Assembly (NCBI GenBank): GCA_951406725.2
Contig: OX597814.1
Coordinates: 62,496,001-62,560,000, forward strand
Source: Octopus vulgaris
Lineage: Eukaryota
Length of the DNA: 64,000 bases
Direction of reading: 5' to 3'
A model generated the notes under the pieces. That model ran no database searches, was not told the DNA's origin, and saw only the letters and a list, made by a program, of their open reading frames with translations. Both the position numbers and the translations under genes were made by a program. This document shows positions 24,947 through 38,292 of this stretch, one piece after another (position 1 is the stretch's first letter; each line of letters starts with the position of its first letter).

Positions 24947-27099
24947 TACTTTTACTATGACCATAAGAACATAAATCTGAATATACACTAGAATATATAT
25001 TGTTCTTTTATGAAACCTAGAAAGATGATTAAACAAAATCGATTATTACGGGCATGGAACTCAGAACATTAAAGAATCTACCTAATTATTACCATATGTA
25101 TACACTCTCTCGTACATCTTTAGTGTAGTAGTGAGTGGTGATAAAAAATGATAAGGAGAGAGAAGATAAGACTAACTCCAATATAGAAATGATTTAATTA
25201 CGTTAAAAGAGTACTCTAGGTCACAACGCATCCACAGATGCGTTTCCATGAACACGAACAGCAAAAGAAAAAAAAGGTATTAAAAAGAACAGTGAAATTA
25301 TATGGGTCTAATAAAGTTAAAACGAATCAATACACATTGTCAGTACTTACAGCAATAGACAAAATGTCTGATAATTCAAAGCAATAAATTGTGTTTCAGT
25401 TCAAAATCTATTAGAGACGGCGAAAGAAGTGCCTTTGATTTATAGAGAAGTATATCATGCAAGTGAATAACTGTTGTGAAAGTTTTCTCAGTATCAGAAA
25501 TACATGATTAAAAAGTCCGTATGTTATAAGTGAGAACTGAACTTATAACTGATGTTGAATACTATGGCAAACGGTAGATTTAAATTAATAATCCGAAATC
25601 CCCTTTTTTTACAATCTTCTGGGTGAAATTCTTGCACCGATATGAAAGATACTGATTGATTAAAAAGTGGCATAGTCCAATGTACTTGACTAAAATACTG
25701 GATCATATGACCCGGCTGGCCGCATATTTAGAGTGCCAGCCCCTGACAACTTGAACAAGCAAACTAATCGCTGCCACAAAAAGCACGGTTACTCATTGAC
25801 TTTTGTGTACGTATGTATGCGTGCATAAGATATGGTATACTATAGTCTGAACAAAATTTACGTACGGGGAAATAGTTTGGGAAAGAAAGAGTAAGATTCA
25901 CACTGAAAGGGAATAAATAACATAAGTGGGAAAGAGAGTAACATTTCCACTGTAACGGCTTTTTTTAAATCACGTGTTTCTTGTCATGACACTCTGGGTA
26001 CTATTTCTAGCAAATAGAACGAAAACATACAGGCTCCTTACGCATCATGAAAGGTAATCTTTCTTGATCTCATAACTTCCTGATTTTACTCGCTGACTTG
26101 AATGATCAAATTGGTTCGGAGAATATGATCTACATATTCCATGACCTCAGTAGAATTTGAACTCAGAACTTAAAGATGGACAAAATGCCACTAAGCATTT
26201 TGTCTGGCGTGCTAACGATTCTACTAGCTCATCACCTTCGTGGAACCGACTGACAAAGCCAAAAGCATAGTGAAAGACAATACCTCTTCGTAAAAGAAAT
26301 GAATGAACGAAAAGAGTTTAAAGCAGACAGGAGTAGCGGAAATATCTCCGAAATCTAGGTGTGAACGTGGTTCGCACACTTCAGCTTCACACTGGGAAAC
26401 AATATACTAATATTTAGTTGATGTCCAAAGTTCAGTACATTGTATTTTGACAGTTGACGAACTTGGCAGCATTAGTGGTTGTCTTCTCACCATTTCTCTC
26501 CAATTTCTAGTTCAAAGACATGCTGTTTCCTCTCCTTTCCCACCGCTAGTCTAATGACCTCTGCTCTTCGGAGCTAGCTAGTCTCGTATCACTTCTATTC
26601 ATTCACCCTCCAAATCTCATGTCATTTTTAATCTCGTTATTCATATTGCCTCCTCCCAAGCCATGCTTCGTACGACCCAATACATTTATTCTTTCTTAAA
26701 ACCAGGGTTCTAGAATTCTACACTTGCACGTTTTTTTATTGCATATGTAGACATTCAAATTTTCATGAGGAATGTTACCTACGTCCATCTTACTGGGTTG
26801 GTGGGTTTGCAAAAGCCATATTCACAGTTCTCTTTACTAAATTGAAAAAATAAAGACTGGTTGTCTTGTAACAAAAAATAATTTATCAACGTTTCCTCTA
26901 CTAGCGATATACATAAACATTAACAGCTAATGTATGCCATTTATACAGAACTTTATACTGACGATACATGTTCCATACATCCAAAGCATACCACAATATG
27001 ATATCATATTGCTATGATATCAATATATCGTACCAATATATCATAACAAATTATAATAGAAACTTTATACATATATTAAATTAATATTTTCAAATGTTG

Positions 27100-27860
27100 A
27101 TGGTGGAACATAACTTCTCCACAGCAGTCTTCTAACACATTCTGCCATGAGCTTTTCTTTTCATCTGGTTCTGTATCATCTCTGTCCTTTTCACTTTCTC
27201 TTCTCTACCAGCGCTTCCATGGGCGTCCTTCCTTTATTTTATGTCTTGGGTCCAAATATAAGGGTTGCCCTGTCAAACAAACCCATGGTCTATTTAACGT
27301 GTGACGAACTCGCTTCCACTCACCTCTCGCTATTTGTTGGTCGATGGATTCCTTTTTGTCTTTGTTCTAGAAGCCTTTATTGCTCAAAGGTTCTGGATAG
27401 CTAATGTTTAGGATCCTTCTGAGGTAGTTATCATTATTTACATATTTTTGAGGTTATTTGCATTCAGTTGCATTGAATCAACACCATATAGCCTGACGAA
27501 CTTCATGTTACTCTGAATATTTTTAGTTTAATATGTTTGCACAGAGACTTTGCTTTCCAGGCAGGCTTTAAAATGTTGAATGCTCGACTTCTTTGTCATC
27601 TTACTTCGATGTCATCTTACGTGCTTCTAGTTGTAGATATCATGCCTCCTAGTCACGTTAAATGTTACACTTCATCTGACGTGTAATTTTTCAACCCTGA
27701 CAAAGCTTGAATTTTTCTGATTTCTGTCTTTTTAACGTTAACCCTCAGTCTGGTTTTTCATAGCTACCTCTCTTAGCTTGTCTGTCTTCCTCTGTCTGAG
27801 ATGAATATTCTTGGATATCAGACAAATGTCAACTGCAAAGCCTAGATCAATCATGAGCAA
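27100..27860 (-). mobile_element. Decayed RTE-clade LINE (RT and C-terminus)
   Basis: Minus strand DLGFAVDICLIS (FADD-like), LGGMIS, AFNILKPAWK, IKLKIF, LRRILNI, GRPWKRW. Confidence 0.8.
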
Positions 27861-28440
27861 CCTTTTTTCCAGAAGCAAGCTACATGAGACATAGTTCATC
27901 ATCAGGCGGGCATACTACTAAAGAAATTCATGGTAATTTTTCGCTAGGCGTGCTATTCAGAAAATCCTATGGGCCGCAGTTTCCTATGACTGGCCTAGGT
28001 CCTCTAGCGCCTGTTTTTGTGCCCACTGTGTTTCCTTTTTAACCTGGGTATCTTGACACATCACCCTGTCAGTCGCCATCAAGAAGATCCCCGGCGATAA
28101 GAGACATCCCAACTTTACTCCAGTTTTGGATCTTTTCGGCTACTGTCACAGATTGCCTGTTACTATGGAAACAAACTCCAATTTGAAGTTTACGGTATAA
28201 TGGTGGCTTTCGATTGGCTAAAGTTACCCATAATTTGCAAACTTGAAAAGCTATTAACTATTAATCTATGGCAAAAATGAATTTCCTTTCCATAATTAGT
28301 ATACACAACTAAATCGGGATAACGACATTTGAAGGCATTTGAAACAAAATAGAAGAAAAAAAGCAATGAAATATGTGACAGCAACCAAAAATATTCCCAG
28401 TTTTCACTTTAAAACGTTTTAACAATCTATCGCGTATTAC

Positions 28441-29666
28441 TTGGCATTGAATATTTTTGTACAACTGTTGAATTATATCAATGAGTATATTGGGGATTCC
28501 ACATAGGGAGAATAGATCTCAGATCAATTTCCTGTTAGCACTAGCAAAAGCTTTATCGAAGTCGAATTTGAGAAGGAGCGTCTGATATTCCCACGGCTGT
28601 TTCAGACTATAAGATTTTGTCCAATTCAAGATATATCCTTCATATCCTATATTTCAGTCTTTGAAGAATTATTCTTACGAGTGTCTTATAAGTACTGACA
28701 GTAGCAGAACGCCTCATCTTTTCTACTGCTGTCACATTTTTGTACTTAAAAAAAAAATGTTCCAATTGTTTTAAAATTTAGTGTACTGATTTAGATTCAT
28801 ACGCTAATTATGAAAATGAAATTTATTTATGCCATAAATTAATAAATGAAAAGTTAATTGTTTTTAAAGTTTGCAACTTATGGTTAATTTTAGCAGTGCC
28901 GGTTTCCAGTGTAACAAGCGAAGCTGTAGTCTGCCCTAAACCCCATCTCATATTTTCTTTGATGAGTGTCTGTGTATTTTCAGGACTTTTGTACCTCATT
29001 CTCATCATTTTCACCTGTGTTTTCGCGAAACAAGATATTTTCAGTTTCTGTCCCTACAGATTTTGGTTGAAATGTTGTTACCACATTTTCATACTTTTGA
29101 GAATTTATTGTTTACATGAACTGAACTATTGCTACAGTGAAACGTACAGTTTTTGTAATATTTTGCAAAAACATTTCTTTGAGGATTTCTCCTTTTTAAA
29201 ATCATTTACATGATTATTCAACCGTTTCAGTTGATTAGGACTTATTAAAAATTATTACAACTTTCGTCGTTGTATAGTTTTGCATTTCTAAAATTTTCAA
29301 ATCTGTAACAGTAACAGAGAAGATCTCGCCTCACCGGTTCTTGCACCCGCTAATATTTCTCCGTTTATTTATTTTAGCAGTTTCACGAGATAGCCTTTGC
29401 TTCTGCTTTGTACGCACTTTATCTTGCTAAGAAGATTGGCAGTGGTCAGTCTGCTCCACCGGTAGGCAGTTCAACGGTTACATTTAGCTCAGCCGTCATT
29501 TGGGAAAAATATCTTGTTAAAAATAACTTATTTTATATATAACTTATTTTATTGTTTGTTCACCTCTTGTTCTGTTAAATTCCTTCGAGAGAATGCTATG
29601 AATTCTTATAAGGTGTGGGTATTCCTAATGTCCTTACACATTACTTCGAAATACTGTAACTTCTAA
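28441..29666 (+). pseudogene. Decayed EGF-repeat gene relic 2
   Basis: Type-A-like exon 1 at 28441 (LALNIFVQLL) with an X-box at 28159. Acceptor TGTTAG|28539 is followed by FEKE..HGC. The open terminal exon 29590-29666 (NAMNSYKVWVFLMSLHITSKYCNF*) shares CATTACTTCGAAATA with 24883-24946. Confidence 0.4.
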
Positions 29667-29704
29667 GATTACCGTAAGAACAAAAACTTGGATCCAGTAC
29701 TAGT

Positions 29705-30292
29705 AAATCCTTTTCTACTCTAGGCACAAGGCTCGACATTTTTGGAGAGGGGGCCAGTCATTTGTATCGACTCGAGTACGCAATTGATACTTATTTTATC
29801 GACCCCGAAAGGATGAAAGGCAAAGTCGACCTCTGCGGAATTTGAACTCAGAACGTAAAAACAGACGAAATATCGCTGAGCATTTCGCCTGGCGTGCTGA
29901 CGATTCTTATTTCTTTATTGCCCACAAGGGGCTAATAATAGAGGGGACAAACAAGGACAGACAAAGGGATTAAGTCGATTACATCGACCCCAATGCGTAA
30001 CTGGTACTTAATTTATCGACCACAAAAGGATGAAAGGCAAAGTTGACCTCGGCGGAATTTGAACTCAGAACGTAACGGCAGACGAAATACCTATTTCTTT
30101 ACTACCCACAAGGGGCTAAACACAGAGAGGACAAACAAGGACAGATAAAGGGATTAAGTCAATTACATCGACCCCAGTGCATGACTGGTACTTAATTTAT
30201 CGAACCCGAAAGGATGAAAGGTAAAGTCGACATCGGCGGAATTTGAACTCAGAGCGTAACGGCAGACGAAATACGGCTACGCATTTCGCCCG
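29705..30292 (-). mobile_element. Family-1 SINE multimer (three core repeats)
   Basis: AAAGGATGAAAGG(C/T)AAAGT..CGGAATTTGAACTCAG occurs at ~29810, ~30025 and ~30210. Confidence 0.9.
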
Positions 30293-30789
30293 AAGTTGGA
30301 GTACGTGCACATGATGATCCTGGTGTCGAAGTTGACATAGCTTGGTGTAACACTGAACGTGAAGTTGATATAACTGGACGTGAAGACCAATGCGAGGACC
30401 GTAATTTCAACGAAACTGGTGTAGCTGGATGCGACTGTAAATTCCACGAATGACCGGAAGAATTTATGGAATATGTAGAAATTGATTGGCAGTCATAGTG
30501 GAACTGGTGGCGTGACCGCCAAAATCTGCTGCTTTTATACAATTATAGTGATGAAGTCTCGAACGGAGTTGGAAATATTTACATGAAGAGTCTAAAAAAC
30601 CCATCAGATTCCTTAAAATTTGCACAGTGGCAAATCGATTCCGTGAGTGGTAGCGGATATTTGTATCAACCGGTACACAAACACGTACAAAACGGCAGCA
30701 GACAGGGCTACGTATATTTTCGTATATTTTCATCATGTATACAGCGCAAATAAATTTACGTCAGCCGATGTGATGGGGTTAACAATACA

Positions 30790-31055
30790 TATATAAATAA
30801 ATATATATTTCCTCCACTTATGCATGTGGTTGTATCTGTGTAAGAACATTGGATTTGGTGGTGATATGCAGTAGAGAAAGAGAGGCAGTGAATACGTGGG
30901 AAATGGTTGTAGAGTGGAAAGAGCATGTCCCTTTAAACAACAAAAAAACAGGGTACAAAACATACAACACAAGGAAAATTCCCCCTTCTTCAGCCGCCTC
31001 CGTTTCGTCTACTCCGCGTTTCGAAGGTAAAGGCGAGACACGACTTCGATGAAAC

Positions 31056-31058
<3 letters not shown>
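30790..31058. mobile_element. Possible Penelope-like terminal repeat fragment
   Basis: CTTCTTCAG and CGCGTTTCG motifs next to a (TA)n tract. No ORF evidence. Confidence 0.3.
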
Positions 31059-31102
<44 letters not shown>

Positions 31103-32349
31103 GATGGTTACGTTTGGAACGCCTTTTCCCTCAGGTCTGTTATTATGTCGACTAAACGACAACTTTTTGACTTATATTTCATGACACTGGAAGTGTACAA
31201 TATCGGTATGGCTTATATTTCATTAAAACATTGTTAAAAAAGCACAGGAACAAAATATCGTAAATATCCTAACGTTAATGTATATACGTATATAATAAAT
31301 CTGTTTGTTTGTGACTATATAACTGCTATTTTCATATGTCAACTCAGTTCAGACAAAGCCTGATCATTTTCCTCTATGTGTAAAGGAAACTGGAATGTTC
31401 TGAAATACACGCCAATATTTGCATAGCTTTCATTTTGAATTAAAACTCTAACAAATACAAGAATTACTAAGTCATAATTTTGAGTTATCTCCAGGGTAAG
31501 AAATTCAAGTAGACTTAGCATTATGGCAAAAGCGAAGAATGGAAATGTATATTTTGTCAAGAATATCGTGTATGCAGAAGTTCTGTAGAGAAATAGATTA
31601 CATTTGAGTGATATCTTTTTTATAGTTTTTTAAAAAATATAATATAACTTTCTTTTATAAAATACAAATAATGGTCATACTAAAAATCTCTCATACATCT
31701 TAATCATTGGATACTGTGTTGCATTAATGCAACGTAAGCTATCTGAATATTCTGTAAAGGCTTGAAATGAGAATTTCTGCGCATATTTAATTTCCTCTAA
31801 CGGCAGGACGGATATTAGGCTAGTAAGACTAAATAACCTAACGTTCTCTGTGGTTAAAAATCAATTATTACTGCAATATGATCATACAAGATCATCCAAT
31901 GCTGGAGATTATAATGATGTATCTATGTGGTGTCCATCATCTTAGAAATAGCAGCTAAATCTCTCTGAGATCACATACCAACGTTTTTTTGAATTGACAA
32001 ATTGAATAAAGTAATCTAGGGTGTACAATGCACAAAGAAAAAAAAGGAGGAAATATTTTTGTACATAAGTTTACTCAGAGCTACTTTGGAGTATATAACA
32101 ACAACCACAATACTTCATAGGCTGGAGCTTGTGCAGACCGATGTATGTAGATACACTTAGGTTTCACAGCACACTTCCCAGCTTCAGTGACGCTTCACAG
32201 CTATAAGCAGTACAGTTTTTATACCTGATATTATGAATAAAGAAATTCATTTATGGATAATGAATTTCTATTCTTACGAAAGCGGTTCATAAAGCAATTT
32301 AATGCATTTATTTAACTTTGTTATTTTGCCAATGTTGAGTGGAGAAATA

Positions 32350-33040
32350 TTCTTTTCTACTCTAGGCGCAAGGACCGGAATTTTGGGGGAGAGGGCCAGT
32401 CAATAAGGTCAACCCCAGTACGCAACTGGTACTTAATTTATCGACCCCGAAAGGATGAAAGGCAAAGTCGACCTCAGTAGAATTTGAACTCAGAACGTAA
32501 AGACAGACATGAGTGGAGAAATATTAATAATATTTATGTCAATTGCATTTACAAAAGTTTGTATAATTAAGTTAATATTTTAATTAAGATCAAGGTGGCG
32601 AGTAGGTAAAATCGTTAGCGTGCCGACGAAATGCTTAGCGGCATTTCATTTGTCTTTGCGTTCTGTGTTCGAATACCGCCAGACCAACTTTGCCTTCCAT
32701 CCTTTTAGGATGGATAAAATAGGTACCAGTTGAACACTGAGGTCGATACAATCGTCTTATCCTATCTTCCGAAATTACTGGCCTTGTGCCAAAATTTGAA
32801 ATCAATATCTTAATTAAAATCAAGGCGGCGGGCTGGCAGAATTGTTAGTACACTGGATAAAATGCTTAGTTGCATTTCGTTCGCTTTAACTTTCTGAGTT
32901 CGAATTCCACCGAGGTGGATTTTTTTTTTATCGTTTCGGGATCGATAAATTAAATACTTGTCAAGTACTGGCGTCGATGTAATTGACTTATCCCTCCCCT
33001 TGGAAACTACTGGCTTTGTGCCAAAATTTGAACGCAATAT
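32350..33040. mobile_element. Three family-1 SINEs (32350-32508 minus; 32592-32808 and 32822-33040 plus)
   Basis: Diagnostic core and B-box motifs, plus heads in the two + strand copies. Confidence 0.85.
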
Positions 33041-33395
33041 TTTGATCAAGGTCACTCAGTGCTTCATCTTCCAGGAACCATAAATAAAGTATCAACCAGA
33101 CACTGGTGCTTATTTACTTATACCTATCCCCACTATATAGGCGTGTGGTCTTTTGACAATGATAGAAACGTGTAAGGGAGACAGCGAGTCAGACGTGACT
33201 ATATTCCGATTTCAGTTACTGTTGGATACGATGACTTCTCTGTAAGAAAGCCATGAATGTCACAAGCTCTCACCCTATCGAACTTTAAAATGTATGTAAA
33301 AAACAAAAAATACAATTTTTAAGAGTCAAACGAAACCAAAAATATAAGCAAACTACTGTGTGCTATCATTGCGTGAGAATTTACACATTTTTGGA

Positions 33396-33456
33396 ATGAA
33401 AAGTGTTAAATTCAACGCAATCTTAATATTTTGTTTCCATCTAGCAATTTCCAAAG
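33396..33456 (+). pseudogene. Signal-peptide-like first exon relic (type B)
   Basis: TATAAG (33343) and TCATT (33366), then ATG: MKSVKFNAILIFCFHLAISK-G, 61 nt (phase 1). The next bases are CTGACA rather than GT. Confidence 0.45.
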
Positions 33457-33970
33457 CTGACAGCTTATTCTCTTCTTTACTTCTCATCGTCTTTCTTTTC
33501 TGCTTTCCACAATTCATTTTTATTTACTTCTTTTTTCATATTCTTCTTCTATGACTACTTTTTCTTTTAGTTCTTTGTGACATTAATGGATTTTTCTTCA
33601 GTCGAGTTTAATATCAAGATTTCAGTTCTGTAATTTAAAGTAGTACGTTGAGAGAACGTTCCAGAAATTTGACAAACGAAAGAGGCACTCAGTTTTATTG
33701 TGTATTGAGGTAATATTGAGTTATAATGTCAACTTGAATTATATCAACAGCGCACTATTAATAAAAAATAAAACAAACAACACCAAAAGCAATCACATCA
33801 ACAGCAATACCACCGCCTACGACGACGATGATGACTACGGTAATGAAGGCGTCGACAGTAACAGTGAGAAAACAAAATACAAGCATATAAATGTAATTCA
33901 AAGTAAAATTTAAAACAACTGACATATTCACAACTACACATACACACGCAACTACACACACACACACGTA

Positions 33971-34856
<886 letters not shown>

Positions 34857-34869
34857 GTACAAGTTTCTC

Positions 34870-35240
34870 GTCTCAGTTGATATGTAGAAACAGCAACGCT
34901 ACATGAGCTGTGAATGCTGAGGACGTGAAAAATAGCAAGAAAAGAAACTAGCTTTTTCGATGGATTTGCAACATCTGTGAGCGTCTACAAAAAATTACAA
35001 ATATGTTGAGAGAAAAATTGGGAATAAGCGGCATCAGATGTGTTGTGCAGAATATTGCGTTGGTATGAATATGTGGTACGGATGGATGAGGACAGTTGTA
35101 TAAAGAAGTGTCAATTGCTAAACGGCTAAACGAGCACGGAACCTGTGGAAGGAGGAGATCCAGGAAGAGGAGATGACAGGGGATCGAGATGAATGGCAAT
35201 ATGCCGTGCTTGAGAAAATCCATCCATCTCGGCAGCCACG
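34870..35240 (+). mobile_element. Decayed RTE/RTE-X LINE 3' fragment
   Basis: RWICNI..LREKLGISGIRCVVQ..LRWYEYVVRMDEDSCIKKC..GTCGRRRSRK..DRDEWQYAV. Confidence 0.8.
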
Positions 35241-35574
35241 AGGTCCCATCAAGCCTTCTTTCACAACTCATCTTCCTTCCATTATATTGTCACCGCAAAA
35301 CTGATATTATCTGCGTCCAACTTATTTTCTATCTCTAATCGTCTGTCAACATTTTTCACCCTAGCGTTCTTACCAACACATCTTCCTTCTCTGTTCTTCT
35401 ACTCCACCCTCTCTTTCATATTCACCTTGTGCTTTAACCTCAGATCTCTTTCTCTGTCTCTCTCTCTGTCACTTTCTGGATGACCGAGCTATACATTCAC
35501 GTTTTTCAGTAAAGCACCTGCACTTGTCTCTCAACCTTATCTTACTCTTATCTCTCAATACTATATCCTACTTA

Positions 35575-35802
35575 AGGCGTCGAGTTGGCAGAATCGTTAG
35601 CAGGCCGAGCAAAATACTTAGCGGCATTTCGTCCGTCTTTAAGTTCTGAGTTCAACTTCACCGAAGTCAACTTTGTCTTTCATCCTTTTGGCGTCAATAA
35701 AATAAGTACCAGTTGAGCACTGTGGTCAATATAACCGACTTAGACCCCCCCCCACCACATAAAAAACCATGTGTGGCCTGTGCTAACATTTGAAACCAAT
35801 AC
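35575..35802 (+). mobile_element. Family-1 SINE
   Basis: Head, B-box and core motifs. Confidence 0.85.
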
Positions 35803-36027
35803 TATACCCTACTCAGTTCAGGGATTTTGTCTCGCAGGTGATGAAAAAGACATCCAGTAACTCTGAGAAGTGGTTAGCATTAGGCTGGGCATTCAGCTAT
35901 AGAAACCATGCCAGAAAAAAACATTCAAACTTGGTGCAGCCTCCTGGCTCTTCTGTTTATGTCGGACTGTCCAACACATACACATACACGCACACACAAG
36001 TTTCTCTTCTCAACATATATTTAATGC

Positions 36028-36074
<47 letters not shown>

Positions 36075-36178
36075 GGAATGAAACAGTACTAGTCTTAAAC
36101 CTCTTATAATAAATTAATTTTACTCTGCTATGTATTGAGTACCTTACTTACTGTGGTTAACCCCGATTCAGGACCTAC

Positions 36179-36215
<37 letters not shown>

Positions 36216-36245
36216 AGGCTGTATACATGTTTATATGTATGTATG

Positions 36246-36818
36246 TGTAGCAATAACCATTTTAGCCATTTTGAAATGTGGCGCGAATTGGCAATATGAC
36301 GTAATGTCGTATTGCCGAAGAATTATCATTTTCGTTTTTTTCCATTGGTTAATATAACTGCTCATATAAAGATTCTAGAAGTTTCGAAAAGAATATCTGT
36401 CATGGATTTCGATTCCTTTTAGTCGAGTTGAGCAGTTATAAAAACCCTAGACTTTGGAAAATATTACAGTGTTCGTTGGTTGTCACGTAACTCCACGTCA
36501 CTCACTCTTTTGGAGACATCGGTAATTTTTATGCCATGTCTAAGTTAATCACAAATCTATTTTGATTTGCTGGTTAATGTATTAGATAGAAAGAAGAAAT
36601 TAGCTAAGGAATTTATAGTCGTTTTTCTTCACGACAAAGTTATCTTTCTTACTGTAAATAATACAAAATGTTATATTTATATAATAAAAAATAATTAAAA
36701 AGAAAATGTTTCTCTTCACGTTTGTTTTTCAACTGAGCATAGATAAATATGCATTTCTGTAAATCTTTGATTTATGTTTCTTATAGCGGTTTAAAGGACA
36801 CGATTAAAATATTCAACA
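36246..36818 (+). mobile_element. Probable solo LTR (BEL/Pao-like architecture)
   Basis: TGT start, TATAAAA at 36437, donor CG|GTAATT ~36522, AT-rich tract, acceptor TTATAG ~36786, ATTAAA, and an AACA end. No clean TSD found. Confidence 0.45.
36372..36386. promoter_or_regulatory. Heat-shock element (three inverted nGAAn units)
   Basis: ATTCT-AGAAG-TTTCG, about 50 bp upstream of TATAAAA. Confidence 0.55.
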
Positions 36819-37013
36819 TACATGTCATTAATATAGCGTTCCATGCGTATATGTCTCTATGACGTTATAACTGTAGTTAGGGTTTTTAGGTATAATGATA
36901 ACACTTGAGTATATGTGACGTTGAATCATTATATTCTCCCTTAATCAGAGAAAAGACAAAATAAATAATATAAACTAAGAGAAAGCTTAAGGTAGAATAA
37001 CCGAAAACCGCCG

Positions 37014-37045
<32 letters not shown>

Positions 37046-38059
37046 TGTATGTATGTATGTATGTATGTATGTATATATAAATATATATATATATAATATA
37101 CATGTGCTCGACTAAAGGCGGTGCTCCAGCGTGGCCGCAGTCAAATGACTGAAACAAGTAAAAGTGAATAAAACAGTAAAAGAGAATGCATGCAAACCAA
37201 GGGATATAGCAATCACAATCACATTCCACTTTCTATTTGCATCTAAATAAATCGTGTCAGAGTTAAATGTTTTAGTAAGAACACAGCAACTCCGATGTTA
37301 AGATATAAACATCTGAATGTTTTCCCCCGTTAATACAGCACCTTATTGATGAAACAGCTGCGCATGCCAGTAGATATTGGAGAAAAGCATAAATATCGAT
37401 TCCTTTAGATGAATATCACAAATCCGACCCTCCTCCTAACACTTAACTTCATTAACAATGATTTCCTCTCGATATATATATATATATATATATATAACAG
37501 CTTATGAAAACAGTATATAGAAAGTGTATACATTACAGGCTTAATACAATTTATCGTATTTGTGTACAATTAAGCATTAATTGAATGAATAGCGCTACTT
37601 AATCAGCTCAGCTAGCTGCGAATTTTACGCAGAAACTATTCAGATAATTCTTTACGATCACCAAGCTTGTAAAAAAACAAAGATTAATGATTAATCAAAC
37701 AAAAACCAAATAAATAATGAAATGATAAGTCAGGAAAGAAAACAACAAACCGATTGCTGGTTTCCTCACCTTAGTTTTTCACCATCTTCTGCTAGATTAA
37801 AAAGGAATACTAGTGTTCATTTCTTATTGAGCTTGCTCGTATATGTCTAATTCTATCATCATCCACTGCAAATCCTCATATCATACAAAAAGCTAGAAGG
37901 GTAAGAACTTGGGTCTTCGCCCAAGTAGTTGATGAAATTTGTATACTTTATTTTCCAGTTACAATTCGATGTAGTATATGCTATAAACATATAGTGTAAA
38001 TATTCAAACATCGTCTTACCAAATCCTGTTGTAATTCGCACGAAATTTTAGGTCGTCCA

Positions 38060-38148
38060 TAGTCACCTTAGTGTATAAGTTTACCTATCAATTTTTGGGA
38101 TGTAAATTTTGTACCGAAAAATCCGACTTGTATGCCGGAAAATACGGT
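38060..38148. mobile_element. Terminal fragment of a Tc2/pogo-type element
   Basis: Ends ..GTATGCCGGAAAATACGG, the reverse complement of a CCGTATTTTCCGGC TIR. Confidence 0.55.
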
Positions 38149-38292
38149 GTCTATCACTAATGAGTTCTTGCTAAGTAATACAGTCCTATGAGCATTGTGC
38201 TATTAAGGCTACGAAGATTATGAATCAAGAAATTCTTCTGCTGAAAGTGAGGAATGAAGTGGTTTTATCATGTAAAACGACATCGTTTAAAG

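Noticed and set aside
28160-28270. Apparent sushi-like YYGNKLQF..GFRL..IIC
   Set aside because: It needs several frameshifts and aligns at DNA level with 12666-12780, which lacks the pattern. Promoter-proximal DNA is a better reading.
29705-30292. Regularly spaced direct repeats resembling a CRISPR array
   Set aside because: The repeats and most intervening sequence are SINE parts, in a eukaryotic context with no cas genes.
33770-33870. Asn/Asp-rich ORF segment
   Set aside because: Degenerate (AAC)/(GAC) trinucleotide repeat.
36340-36530. Promoter of a host heat-shock gene
   Set aside because: No HSP coding sequence is visible downstream in the window, and LTR-like architecture fits better.
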